NCBI RefSeq assembly: GCF_018350175.1
Contig: NC_058368.1
Span: 223,884,001-223,948,000, forward strand
Length of the DNA stretch: 64,000 nt
Origin: Felis catus
Lineage: Eukaryota
Reading direction: 5' to 3'
Shown: piece by piece, positions 1 to 13,329 of the stretch
Position numbering within the stretch: position 1 is the stretch's first letter
Layout: every line of letters starts with the position of its first letter
Translations under genes and position numbers: made by a program
Notes under the pieces: generated by a model
What the model saw: the letters and a program-made list of their open reading frames with translations, nothing else
What the model was told of the DNA's origin: nothing
Database searches by the model: none

Positions 1-639
1 AGATACAGGTACTATGGACATCCATTTTGTTTCATCTTTTATGCATTTTTTATTTATGATTCAGTACATATGTTTGAATATGTACAGAGTATATTTCAGG
101 ATCTGTGTTGAATTGTATAAATTCACAAATGACCGTGACATAGATCCTGATTTAATGGAATTTTACTGTATGACTTCGTGTCAGTTGTATTAATAGTAGG
201 GGTACTACCAATTGCTTTTGTTGTCATAAATTCAGAGTAGGTTTGAGGAAGTAGCTAGTATTTCAGTTGCAGGCATGGTGAAAATGCATAATTTTTGGAC
301 ACAAAATGTGGAATCCTGAGGCTCTTATTATGGAGCCCAGCCGTTCAAGTTGGACAGAAAACACAGAGTTGAGGTTAGAGACTTCTAACTCCTATTTCAT
401 GGGTTAATTTGGGATCAGAGCAACCAGGGAGCATATAGAATGACCTCCTGTCACTGAATGAAAGCAGCGGGAAGACTGAGTCTTACAGAAGACTAAATGG
501 TACAGGAAGGAATTGTGGAAAATTCCGGGCATAAGCAGGGAAAGGGGTGTCTAACTCCTAGTTCAAAAAGCATATTAGAATTTTAACCTCCTGAGAAGCA
601 TTTCTGATCCAACGTATATCAAAAAGTTAATTTGAGAGA

Positions 640-870
640 GTATACCATAATGATTAGAACATGGGTTCTGGAACTAGATTGCTAGCCTCTCCATTAACTC
701 TGTGATCTTAAGCAAGACATTTTGCTCTTCACCCCAGTGTCTTCATCTGTGACATGGGAATGTTAGAATGTCCACATAGCAACTTCATTATAACGGTTAT
801 GTAATATGCAAAACATGCCAAAGGCCATTTTGACTCAGAGTAGAATCTCAACATGTGTTAGTCATTAATT
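640..870 (+). mobile_element. MIR SINE relic
   Basis: Degenerate MIR core: tgtgatcttaagcaag...cagtgtcttcatctgtgacatggg; boundaries approximate. Confidence 0.7.
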
Positions 871-1430
871 TTGCACTTCTACCTAGAGGCATTGGTTATA
901 AATATCTACCTTTATATTCTTCTTCTCTAGTGTGGTGACTTATTTATGGTACTTGTTCAATAAATTCTTATGGAATTAGGTGATTTATAATTTTAAAGTT
1001 TATTTCACCATGTCATTTAAGATTCATGGAACCAACATTTGGAAGAAGTCGTCATGTAAAACTACCACTAGCTAAATTACCAGGAAAGTTGATTTACAAT
1101 ATATCATTATGAATCCAAAATAAAGCAGAATGCTATATCCCAAGTCATGACCTCTAACTATAGATTTGATTTCCATACCAAACAGCCACAACCTTCTGTT
1201 GATTCCTGAGGTGCTGACTGACCATAGATAGAATTTCCTAAGAATGTTTTACCTTTATTCTTGCTAAGCACCATAATGTGCTTTGAGCCTACAGGTTTTC
1301 AATCCAACCAACAGAATTTATATCTGTTACATTTCATCTTGTCAGATTGATCTTGTTCCTTATAGCTATGAAGACCATGGGGTATACTAATTCTGTCAGA
1401 ATATCTTTGGCATAAAATAATATCATAACA

Positions 1431-1602
1431 GGGACACCTGGGTGGCTCCATTGGTTAAGTATCAGACTCCTGATTTTGGTTCATATCATGATCTCATGGT
1501 TTGAGAGTTAGAGCCTTGCATTGGATTCTGTGCTGACAGCTCAGAGCCTGCTTGGGATTCTCTCTCTCCCCCTCTCTCTGCCCTTCTCCCATGCATGTGC
1601 AT

Positions 1603-1652
<50 letters not shown>

Positions 1653-1690
1653 CTCTCTCTCTCAAAATAAATAAATAATTTTTTTTTAAA
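1431..1690 (+). mobile_element. Can-SINE (SINEC)
   Basis: gggacacctgggtggct head, (CT)n tract, aaataaataa tail. Confidence 0.95.
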
Positions 1691-1839
1691 TCTCGTAAGA
1701 ATTAACTCTGTTTATCAGGTTTAATTTCTTGACTGATATTCTCAGAAATGTTTCTGAAATTGTAGTTCATTTTCAAAACCCCAATATATATGGTAATACA
1801 ATTGTTACTGATGTGAAGACTGAAGTCATAATCCCTTTA

Positions 1840-2047
1840 TTTTTTAATTTTTATTTATTCATTTTTTTTTTTGAGAGAGAGTGCCCACAAGTCAGGGAGA
1901 GGCAGAGAGAGGGAGACAGAATCCCAAGCAGACTCCACACTGCCAGCACAGAGAGAGCCCAGTGCAGGGCTTGAATTCATGAGCCTTAAGATCATGACCT
2001 GAGCCGAAGAGTCAGATACTCAACCAAGGAAGCCATCCAGGCACCCC
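1840..2047 (-). mobile_element. Can-SINE
   Basis: Reverse head caggcacccc; TSD ataatc(c/t)cttta at 1828 and 2048. Confidence 0.95.
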
Positions 2048-2109
2048 ATAATCTCTTTAAAAAGAAGCTAGTATTCTCCATGTACAATTTTGAATCAATA
2101 TTGTGTTAT

Positions 2110-2298
2110 ATAATTATTTAATCTTTATTTCCTCTTCCATATCCTCTGTCTACTCTTGTCCATTCTGATCAATGACCAATGTCCTGTAGACTGACTTCTA
2201 AAGACTACATTACCTAGATACCTGTCTCTAGCTTCCAACTGGATTTGGCCAAAGGAAGTCAATGGCAGGTGGTTGGAGGGAGGGAGAGAAAGTGAGGA

Positions 2299-2335
<37 letters not shown>

Positions 2336-2660
2336 GGTATTAGGTATTAAGGGAGAAAACAGGGTATCAATCTCCCATGCCTCCTCCCGTGAGGCCATTA
2401 TATTCAGAGTGACTGTGTCTGTCCATCTCTACCTACTGCAGGAGATTCCAGAACTGCAGGTCCTTCCAGATTCTGATAAACTCTTGCATCTTTTGTTTCT
2501 TTAGACCTGGCTGTACTAATGGTTTCCTAGTGTCTGTATCCAAGGGTATCTCACTATCCCCCTTGCTGCCCATAATTCTGTAAGTGGTCCCTTTAGAAAC
2601 TGTCTTAAGTTACCATTTTAGGTGTGTTTCTTTTTTCCCTGCCATTAATCTGATTGCTAC
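2110..2660 (+). mobile_element. ERVL LTR relic (LTR33-like) containing (GA)n
   Basis: tggatttggccaaaggaagtcaatggcaggtggttggagggagggagag resembles the recalled LTR33 core; boundaries approximate. Confidence 0.6.
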
Positions 2661-2875
2661 AACCATCAATTTATGTTTGTGTATATATATGTATGAAGAT
2701 ACTTCTGTTGAGAAGCTTATTCTTTGGTATCTTGAATTTAAGCAATATATTAAGTCTTCTGTCAAAATGTCTTTATATAGAATTATATTGGTGGAAAGGG
2801 AAAAAAGAACTATTATGTAAATTATATTTTACATAATATCCCATTTTTAGACAGTGTACTAGGAACAAGTTTGTT

Positions 2876-3097
2876 GTATTTTTTTAAATTTGCTTTATGT
2901 TTATTCATTTTTGAAAGACAGAGAGATACAGCACAAGCAGGGGTGGGGCAGAGAGAGAGGGGAACACAGAATCTGAAGCATGCTCCAGGCTCTGAGCTGT
3001 CAGCACATAGCCTGATGTGGGGCTCGAACTCTTGAACCGTGAGATCATGACCTGAGCTGAAGTCGGTCGCTCAACCAACAAGCCACCCAGGTGCCCC
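2876..3097 (-). mobile_element. Can-SINE
   Basis: Full reverse SINE; TSD aagtttgtt at 2867 and 3098. Confidence 0.95.
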
Positions 3098-4555
3098 AAG
3101 TTTGTTATTGTTTTACACATAAGGTCTCATACTGTGTGGTTACATACTCTGATTATCACATCTTTTTTTCATTTTTGTTTTGAATCTCTAATCTGTATAC
3201 TTTAGAATCTATGGTAAAGAAATTTCCCAGAAGAGAATATAGTCTATATGGATGCAGTAAGTTAGGAAAGGACAGTTAATATTTTCACAAAACTCATGGG
3301 AAACAGGAAAAATAGAAATGGATGAAGATAATAAAATAAAAAAAATCCTACACCAAGAAAAAAGATAGTTGAGTTGCTTTAGAATGACATCATATTTCAC
3401 AGCTGCGACATTGGCAAGGGGATAGATCAGTCATGACTACCCATTACTCGTTCAAATTCATATGACTTAAAACTAGGCTCATGCTTCTAATTGGTGTGGG
3501 ATCAAGTTCTCCGCACAACTGCTAATTTATTTTTACTCTAAGAATTACTCTTGGGTTTTTATACTTTTGTGCTTTTAATAGAAATAAGGAAAATGAAATT
3601 CATAGAACTTGTTTTATTAACCAAAAGTGGCACATTCCACTTACTGGGAAATGAAATGATCTTTTTCACAGTTGCACACAATTTCTTTTCCCCTCAATGC
3701 TACCATTAATTAATTGTATCCTTTTCAAGAATATGAAGTAGTGATTAGATATAAGTCGTAAAAATATACACATTTATTGACGTAAATATATCAATCGCTT
3801 TCAGTATTCCCCTTTCATTTTTAAAACATGAGAGAGATGGCGAGGATAGAAGGAGGAAGGGAGGGAGAGAGAAAAACTTGAGACATATTTTACTGAACAA
3901 ACTTTAGCCTCTTAAATAAGTTTCAATAGATTCAATTATTGTTAAAATCAGTAGCATGACATTGTATTACATGTAAACTGTGGGTCCTCCCTACTATCGC
4001 AATGAGGACCTTTCAAATGGGATTTTCTCAAAAATTTAAAAAGCGAGGGATACATAAATTTCATCTTTCATTAATTTTCTTGAAATTTTAGGCAAAGATA
4101 CATAATTTTCCAGTTGATGCTTCTTTAAATAGATAGGAATAACCCTTTCAGTACAACATAGAATGAGGGAGACAGTTGACCAAAACTTAACACAGCATAT
4201 CTGAAAATATTTACCTTGCAATTATATCTTGACACAAATGCATGAGGGAAAAAGTGCCTAATTCTGCTCTGCCGCAGATATTACAGTAATGCTCTAGCAA
4301 CAGGGCTTGGGGTTTCAGAAACCCTAAATTAAGTTTGAATACATGTAGAATTGGGTTTAAGAACACAGAGATTGGCTGTAGAATAGCATCCTATACTTTG
4401 CAGAGACATTTGAACTTAAAAAAATTGACCCAGTTCATTTAGCTCTAGATACCATGCAAACATCGAGTAGCCTTTTTTTTTTTTTTTTTTTGGAGAATTT
4501 TAACATTTATTTTATTTTTCTATGAAGAGGGCACAAATGGATCTATATCATACAG

Positions 4556-5060
4556 TGCCGGACAAACCCTGGGGCGGCGATGACAGATAACTCCAGACTC
4601 CTGAATCAGAGAAAGGAGAGGTTGAGGGGGCCACACACTCTGGTGGCAATGCCCCCCAGCAAAGCTCTTCTCCAGTTTTTATTGAGAATCTTATTGGTAT
4701 ATTTCAAGGGAGGCATGGAAGGGAATGTATAGTTTCAAAAGCATGAACAAAGCACACTCATAAATTGTCGGGGTAACAGTACAGAGTAGTGACCTGCGGC
4801 ATACCAGGGGAAAGTGACCGAGGCAATATATAGGGCAGTGTTATGTCATAGGAAGGGGCTTGTTTCTCCCTTTAGATCAAGCCTTTACAGAGAGGAAAAA
4901 CGTGTTGATCCCCAAGCTAGGTCTGGCTCTTGTCAGCCTTGACATTTCAAAGGAGACCCGGTTTTCCTGGTCTGCTTTGCTGTTTCTCAACCAGCCCATT
5001 CCCAGGCTGTAAACATTCCCTACTTAAATTGTAGCCAGCCAGGTTCTTTGAGCTCCCACA
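4556..5060 (-). mobile_element. Solo ERV LTR, probably class II (beta-like)
   Basis: TG...CA termini; perfect 6-bp TSD ATACAG at 4550-4555 and 5061-5066; the minus strand starts tgtgggagc, ends tccggca, and has AATAAA near 4680. Confidence 0.85.
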
Positions 5061-5320
5061 ATACAGGATGGCTAATGTTATTATGCAAGGAAATCGCGAT
5101 TTATTTATTGTTAGGGCCAGATGAAATGATTGCTTTCAAAGTGATTTAATATTAGAGGGTAGAACATAGCAAAACAAAACAAAATGCTGCAATAAAAAAT
5201 AGACTAAGAAAAATTCCCACAACAAAAATTTCCGGTAACATTTATTTGCATCAAAATATATTCACTTGTTATGAAAACCATATTATCATATTAAAACGTT
5301 TTTACTTTTATTAACAATTT

Positions 5321-5466
5321 GTTTTAATGTTTATTTATTTTGAGGGAGACGGAGACGAGAGAGCATAGCAGGAAGGGACAGAGAGACAGAGAGACAGAGA
5401 GACAATCCCCAGCAGGTTCTGCACTATCCTCACTGAGCTTATCTGACTGAGCCACCCAGGTGCCCC
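5321..5466 (-). mobile_element. Can-SINE with internal deletion
   Basis: Reverse head gccacccaggtgcccc; central segment missing; TSD core ttaacaattt on both sides. Confidence 0.9.
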
Positions 5467-6119
5467 CATTTTTTAACAATTTTAATTGTAAACAATATGT
5501 TTTACAATTTTTGAGCTGCGCAGGATGTAATATTTATTGAAGCCATTGTATATTCTACAATTTATGGATGGGCAAGATTTTGGCATGAGAAAGCTTACTT
5601 TCTAGAAAAGTATTTGGGTGTTTAGAAGAACCATCCATTGTATTTTTAAGTTTTCCTCGTTTGCAAATAACTTCAAAATAGAAAGATTTCTAGCAATTAA
5701 CTTTCGTGTACTCTAGAAACAAGCAATCTAGGAGTTAATTCATTCTAAATGACATGCTAGGCTTGTTCAGTGGAAATTACTACTGATATAATTTGCCATG
5801 TGTAATTATTTTATTAACATGGAATAATGAGGAAAGGCAGTGGCAAGCATTCTTTAAAAAACAATTTAAACAATACAGGCATCTGTATTTATTCTTGGTA
5901 TTGAAAGAAGTAACCTTTTCAAATACTTTAAAATCCCACCAGGGAAGAGATAGACACAGTGACAGAGACAGAGACAGAGGCAGAGGCACAGACAGAGACT
6001 TCCACAAGGAAGAATTCCAATTTTGACCCACTGCAGACCAGTTCAAAATAATACATCAAGCCAAGAACAACATGAACTCAGCATAAAATATTATGGAAGT
6101 GTCATGTATTGGCTCCTGC

Positions 6120-6238
6120 ATTTTTTTCTTTTATTTTCTTTCCAAGTTTTATTTAAATACGAATTCGTTAACATACAGTGTAAATGTAGTTTCGTGTGTA
6201 GAATTAGGTGATTCGACACTTCCATGCAACGCCCAATC
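6120..6238 (-). mobile_element. 5'-truncated carnivore L1 3' end
   Basis: T-rich tail followed by gttaacatacagtgtaa...ggtgattcgacacttcc; TSD ttggctc(c/t)t. Confidence 0.8.
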
Positions 6239-7838
6239 TTGGCTCTTTTAAATATTTAGTGATCATAGCAAATCCTCAAGTCCACCTTCTCCCTTACCTG
6301 TTACGTTTTGATCTTCTTTCCAGAATTCTGGAGGGTTGAGCTTTCATCCTGTGAATCTCTCCCTCCGCATATTTTATTTTGTGACTTCATCTTGAGGATG
6401 CACTCTTTCAGTACCTTTCAATCAATAAATATTTGTATTACTATTTAAATCCCATCCACTGGACCCTCTCATTTCTCTTTTCGTCTTTGTTAAGTATGTG
6501 GTTGTTTTCATTTTCATTTTGGTTGGTTATCTGGGACTGAGAATAAATAAGTATTTGTGTTCAGTCTTCCCTTTTTAACTCAAAGGCTGGCGGAAGACAA
6601 TAAAATATGTAAATTAAAATCTAGTAAATAAAACTTAATTCAAATAATTGACAAGGTATTTTAATAATGAGTTATTATTTGCTATTCAAAACCTTACCTC
6701 TTCAATTTTCCCCCAGATTTCAACCTGAGTTTAGTGAAGTGAAAGTAACAGAATCATACAATTTTTCTTTACAAGCTCTCCGAATTGAAGCACCTAACTT
6801 TCTGAGGAAGTTAAGACACCGGTCAAAAAAAAGACCCTAAAATGAAATCATTGGTCTAAAATGATTGCCATCTGAATGACTCTAGAATTAAACACCTCAG
6901 ATCTCTCTTATCATAGACTTAAATCTAATAAAAGAAATTGACACCTTAAATATAACCATAACCTGCACATATTTTTCCAGGCTTTGTACCAAACCCTATA
7001 TATATCATATATGACTTTAAACAGGAAAAAAAACAAAAAACAGCCTTTTCCAATATTTCACTTCTAGAAATCAATTTCTATTCCTAATAAATGTAAAAAA
7101 ATAGTTCAAAGTGGACTTACCTTATATATTAGATAAAACCATTAAACTGCAATAACAATAATTTAAAAGCCAAGTATTGGCTAAAGTATTTTCCTTATGT
7201 TAGAATAAATATATAAGATTAATTTCTAGATCATGCATACATCAGATAAATCTTAGAGGTTGAATTTTAATATCTCCAGTAGCTTAGAACTATAACACTT
7301 TTTACGTTGAAATTACAAAATGTAGGGAGAAGAAATCTCTATTAATCAGGGGTAAATCAAATATAAATTGGTTAAAGCAGAAGGACTTTGAAAATTCTCT
7401 TTGCTTTGCACAATTTTATCCTTTGAGTGAGAACTTTGGCCCAATCCACCCTAGTTGGTTCTGTTTCTCTGTTCCTCTAATCAAACTACCCTATCATAAA
7501 ATTCAAATGTGCGTTTATGTCCCTAATTATTAGCCTTAACTGTCTTAAATAGAATTTTTCCATTTGCCTACTGGAGATCTATTAGTAAGTATATGATACT
7601 ACTTTGGTTAGAATAATAATGTATTAATAAAATTTTCCAACTATCTAGGATTCTAATTTCCAAAGCATTTTGGGTAAACTTGTATTCTTTTATTAAAAAG
7701 GTCACATCTGATATTAATCAATCAATAATCAGTTGATTATTTGGATACAATTTACTGAATCCACATTCAGATATGGGAAAAATGTTTTCTATTCTTTATA
7801 ATTGATCTAATTTCCTGTATAGTCACCACCACCAGGAT

Positions 7839-7839
<1 letters not shown>

Positions 7840-7870
<31 letters not shown>
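7840..7870 (+). repeat. Poly(A)31
   Basis: Read directly. Confidence 0.95.
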
Positions 7871-7871
<1 letters not shown>

Positions 7872-9795
7872 ACAAAAAGCATGAATTAGTACAAATCACT
7901 AATAGTAGCTTTGAAAAGTATTTGCTTAGTTAACTTATTTCCTCTTTATTCATATTATGCTATGCACAATGATGTGTACACATATGAGGTAGAATGTAGC
8001 TTATGTGACCTTGTGACCAGAAGATAGGGTCTTCAGAAGCAAATGTATCTTCTTGCTCATTCTGGTCTCAGATGATGGATAGGTAATTATTCAAGGCTTA
8101 GAGCTGTACCTGGCAATCATGACTGTCCCCTCATAGATCTTTGGATTCATTAGACTTCCATCACTGTCGTTCTGTGACTTTAGCACTTTACCTCTTATCT
8201 TGAAGTCTTTGCTCAGAAAATCCTCTTCCTTCTGACCCTGAATCCTCTTGCTAGATACTGAAACTTTCAGCACTTGAACATCTCATTGTGGTCATCGATC
8301 AGAACATTTGTTTCTCTTCACACTGAACTCAAACCATAGGCCAGTCATAACAATACACAGCCAACTGCTATTTATAGCTATTAAACTACAATAATAATCA
8401 TTTATTATTGGTCACAGGGAGTTTTGCTAAAGCCTCCCAGCCTCCTTCCAGAGACCCCATGAAAACACACCCTTAACCATGATGTAATCATTCCATCCCA
8501 TTTATATCTTATGATTCTAAAGTGTCCTCTGATCCTACGACTACCTTCTGCTGAACAGAAGGAACAAGGAGCTTGGCATCTGATATATTTAATTGTCTCT
8601 TTATTTTTCTCTTTATAATCCACCAAGAATGGTGGATTTTATTTCATACCCAGTAGAAAATTCTCAGATACAACAATGCATAAAATATCAGGTTTGGGGG
8701 TTTTTCCTATGGTGGCGGAAATGATCATTAAAAAGAAGAAACCAACATTCTGGGTTTTTTTGTTTGTTTGTTTTTGACAACAATGTCTGATTATTATGTC
8801 TTCTTTATCTCTAAGGAGGTCAAAGAGTGCAAGCTTCTTTCTGGGCTGTGGAGGGAAGGGACAGGGCAGGAAAGCTTCAAGAAAACCTGGCTAGAGTAGA
8901 ATATTAATATGCAAACACTTAATATTTGCAAAACTTCAGTCTCATTGCATTTCTTTCCTTAGTATAATTACCAGTTCTTTTATTTACTCACCAGCTATTT
9001 TGTAGAGAGTTGTGCTATTGTCAAAGCATCCCGCTGGGCTTTGTGGAAGAAAGGATGTTGAATAAGACCAGTGTTCACCTTTTCAAAAAGCTTACATTTT
9101 AGGATAAATATACAGTCTAAAAAAATGCATCCTTTTTTTTTTCTCAGAAGAAAACTAAATACAAAATTTTGTTGTTCATTAACTATATATGGTCATATGT
9201 TCTCTGCATTTCTTTTTGGATTCTAATGATAATCAGAATTATCACTTCCATAACTCCTCAATGATAAAAGTGATATGCTAATAAACTTCTTTTTGCGCAT
9301 ATTTTTCCAAAAGGAGAAATTTAACTTTAGAGCAGTTAATTAACTTTAGAGCAGTGTGAGGGGAGGGTGTGTAAAGAGAGAGAAAGAGAGAGAAAGAGTG
9401 GGAGAAAGAGAATTGTCTTATTTTGTTTTGTTTTGTTTTCCCAAACGTGTCCGTGAACTTCAAACACCCTCTTAGGTGTCAATCAGTATTTGGCAATATT
9501 TACCCATGTTTTTAATGTTACTTGACTCAGTTTTGCTTAGTTCCATTCAAATGAGGGCCAGTAAAGAGCCCCATGGGCAGAAATACTATGAAACGTTGTA
9601 AAGACTTTTTTTTTTACACAATGCAGTGAAAGCTTAAATTAATGTAGGATAGTGTTGATAAATTAAACTTGCTTATGTTTTGTCTGCAAACCCATGTTCA
9701 TTCAATTTTTCAAATACCTGAAGAAATAACATAGTCAATATGACATTTTAAATATCCCAGTACCCTAATTGAAAGGAATTAACTAAGTAGGTTTA

Positions 9796-9936
9796 TTTTA
9801 TTTTTTTTACTGTTTATTGCTTTTTATTTATTTTTTAATATATGAAATTTATTGTCAAATTGGTTTCCATACAACACCCAGTGCTCATCCCAAAAAATGC
9901 CCTCTTCAATGCCATTCACCTACCCTCCCCTCACTC
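9796..9936 (-). mobile_element. 5'-truncated felid L1 3'UTR
   Basis: aatatatgaaatttattgtcaaattggtttccatacaacacccagtgctcatcc matches the reverse complement of the L1 tail at ~25990-26040; TSD ctaagta(g/t)gttta. Confidence 0.93.
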
Positions 9937-11379
9937 CTAAGTATGTTTAATATGTATGTGTTTCTAATCACTTTTAAAAGCTGATATGGATTAACCATAT
10001 GTCATATGGTTATGTCATATGACATTTTTTTCAGAATGCTTTAGAAACTTCAAGAACTTATCTAATTTGATGACAGATGAAGATAGTATACTCAATAGAA
10101 ACTATAGTATTTCTAAGACAAGTCTTGTATATTTTCTTCCATAAAAACCTAGTGGAGGGGGCCGTCTAAGATGGTTAATTAGGAAGGTAGTGAACTCACC
10201 TCCTCCCTCTTTAATGTTGGATTCTGTAATGTTCTTAAGCTTCTTAATGACTATCTTCTACCACTTCCTTATGACACCAACACAGTCTTTACTCAGAAGC
10301 AATGATATATGTAGAAGGAGAAAAGGTTTAGAAAATAGAATTGATTTAATGTAAGCCACTATTACAAATACACATGCTGAAGGACTTGCTTTCAGATTCA
10401 ATGTCAGCTGAATACCTTGAGGAGGAAATAAGGGTTTGCTTTAAGCATGAGAGGACATAGTTAAACTGGGAGCTTGCCACCTTTCTCTACCATGAACATG
10501 AATACTAGGTTCCTGCTTCTTACCCACCTTTAGGAAAGGGCCAGCTTATTTTAGACTAAGTTGAGAAATGGTACCCTGTTGTGAAGGGGTGAGTTGGCAT
10601 GTATTTTCCTTTCAAAGGGTAGTCTTCTTACTACTATCCACAGTGGCATGAGTTGGAGAGAAAAAGAGAAAAATAAACACTATTTGTATTAGCAGTAGTC
10701 AAGCGGAAATAGGAAAAGCCTTCAGAGTAAATTTAAATATGAATACTATTGACTATGATTACTTACCAACTTCTGTTTGCAAAAAGTAATATATATCTGT
10801 ACAAATTATGCTAAAGGTTGGAAAAAGGAACATTTTTCCTTTTTCTGTACAACAGAGAGGTAACGATAAAACTTCCATTTTGAGCCCTTATAGTATCACA
10901 TTAATAAATGCTGTTTGAGTTATATATGAATGCACATATATGCATGAGCTATATATAGGTCAAAGTTATTTAAGTGTTTTAAATTCAGTTATGTAAGATC
11001 AAAATTATATCATTTTTGACAAAATAATCACCGATGCCAACATACTTTACCCTTAAAAAGAATTGTATATATGTTTGACATATACTGAAATACAATTTCC
11101 CCCTCTCTTCCCCAGGATATTACACAAAAGAAACAAGGAAAATAGAAAGAAAAAAAAATAATTTTAAGAACACCTAGATTCACACATGTATGATGGCTTC
11201 TAAGATCAATTGAGATTCATCAGAAACAAAACAGAGATGAATACTCTTTGGGAAACATAGTCATATGTCTACATGTATTTTAAAGGATGTAACTAGAAAA
11301 TATACACAGATCTACATGGACATCTAACATTGGTCCAGAAGCTTTTTATATTCCAGGGTATTGACTCCTTGTATACTCT

Positions 11380-11525
11380 CTATGGGATAGGTGGTGTCTT
11401 GAAAATAAGGAAATTGAAGCATAGAAGCAATGAGGAACTGGATCAAACCACATAGTTCAATGGTAAGAAAAAAAAAAAAAAAGCAGGATTCAAGTCTAAA
11501 AGCTGGAGGCCACACTTGCAACCAC
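11380..11525 (-). mobile_element. MIR relic
   Basis: aaataaggaaattgaagcatagaag...gcaggattcaagtc is a reverse MIR core. Confidence 0.6.
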
Positions 11526-11984
11526 TGAACAAACTGTCTTACCTAAGGTTGATGTCAAAGGTTATCCAAATACTAAATTTTATGATTTTAGTAGCAAAAA
11601 TTACCAAAAGCATCAATGTTACTCCTAGGAAATTTGGTTTAATCAGTCATGCCACATCAATTCATGGAAAACTATTAAATAGAATGAGGTAGATCGATAG
11701 GTCTGTTGAAGACTATACACACACACACACACACACATATATAGTTTTAGATAATTAAATAGAAAATCAGTTAAATGTATATATATTTAAATATACATAT
11801 TTAAATATATATATATATATATATATAGTTAAATAGAAATAAATAGAATTCTGCACATGATCAAGTATTATCTACATTTTTTTTTTGGTTTTAATTAACA
11901 GATATTATTTCCAGAGTAGGTTCAGGTACATGGAAACAAGACTCCACATTAGAGAACAAATAGATTTCAATTCTTACAAAAGAA

Positions 11985-12215
11985 AGCCCAAATGTATGTG
12001 ATGAATTCCACCAAATATCATAATAAGAACTAATACCAGTTCATCACAAATTGCTTCAAAAAATACATGTGAGGGACCTCCCAAATCATTCTATGAGACC
12101 AGTATTATTAAGATATCAAAACAATGCACAATCTTGTAAATATACAAAAATCACTGAATTTAACACTTTAAAAGAGTGAATTTTATGATATGCAAATTCT
12201 ATATTAATGTTTAAA
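11985..12215 (+). mobile_element. Old L1M fragments (ORF2 piece joined to 3' end)
   Basis: gaattccaccaaata...cattctatgagaccagtatta (ORF2) followed by cactgaatttaacactttaaaagagtgaattttatg (L1M 3' end). Confidence 0.65.
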
Positions 12216-12479
12216 ACAAGGATCTATTACAAGCAACCATAATATGGGATGTAACAAAATAATTAAATCTTCACGCTCAAATATGGCTTCTAACAAAAAA
12301 TGTATTTTGTAAATAGCCCCGATATTGATAGATAAATCTTTTAATTAAAAAGTACCACAGCCTATTGATAAATATTTAAATACAATTTTTTAAGAAATGT
12401 ATAAAGGATGGAAAACCACATCCGTAAAACATAAGTTGTTTAAACAATAACATTCAGTAGTTATGAATCAATAAGTACT

Positions 12480-13250
12480 AGAGATGAAAAGAAAATCCAA
12501 AAACTTCCCACAGAGGAAAATCTAGGCCCAGACAGCTTTAATGATAAATTCTGCCATGTATCTAAAGAAGAATCAATACCAATTCTTCACAAACTGTTCC
12601 AAAATATAGAAGATGAAGAAACATCTCCCAACTCATTCTGTGTGACCAGTATTATCTTGATACCCAAACCAGACAAATATATTAAGAAACCTAGGAAAAA
12701 AAAAAAAAAAGAAACCTAGAGATTAATGCCCCTTATAGATACAGGCATAAAAAGTTCTTAACCAATAGCTAACTAACTCCAGCCACATTACCATGACTGA
12801 GTAGGATTTATTCCTTGAGTGAAAGGCCCTTTCAACATTTGAAAAATCAATGCAATCCCCTATTATATCAGTTGATGCAGAAAAAAAATTTGGGGGACAA
12901 AATTCAACACCCATTGACCATAAAAATTTTCAACCTGTTAGGAAAACAGTGGGATTACTTCAAATTAGTGGAGAGCATCTACACCAAAATTGTAGCTAAC
13001 ATCATATTTAATGTCAGAAGACCAAATACTTCCCCCCCCAACTAAGATTGGAAACAAGACGTGTATGTCCACTCTCACCATTTATTTCCAAAATAGTCCT
13101 AGAAACATTTAGCCTGTGGCGGTAAGCACCCCCTCCCCCCAAAAATGAAAAAACATACAGGCTGGAAAGGCAGAAATTAACTTATTGGTAAGTAACATGA
13201 TCATCTATGCCTAAAAAAAATAAGAGTTCTCCAAATAATAAATAAATTCA
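12480..13250 (+). mobile_element. Old L1M ORF2 (RT region) relic
   Basis: ggcccagacagcttta...tacccaaaccagacaaa; degraded peptide DKIQHPLTIK...IYTKIVANIIFN; many stops. Confidence 0.85.
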
Positions 13251-13329
13251 GAAGAGATAGTTTTTTCAAGTGGCCAACATATGTCTACCCATCCTTGAGC
13301 ATCTATACTTGGGTATTTTACTTTCCCTA

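Noticed and set aside
4472..4549. Poly(T) with a minus-strand AATAAA 14 nt away, suggesting a retrocopy tail
   Set aside because: No TSD partner and no recognisable mRNA body.
6294..6420. Strong minus-strand donor cag|gtaagg
   Set aside because: No convincing acceptor, stops in most frames, and the context looks like decayed ancient LINE.
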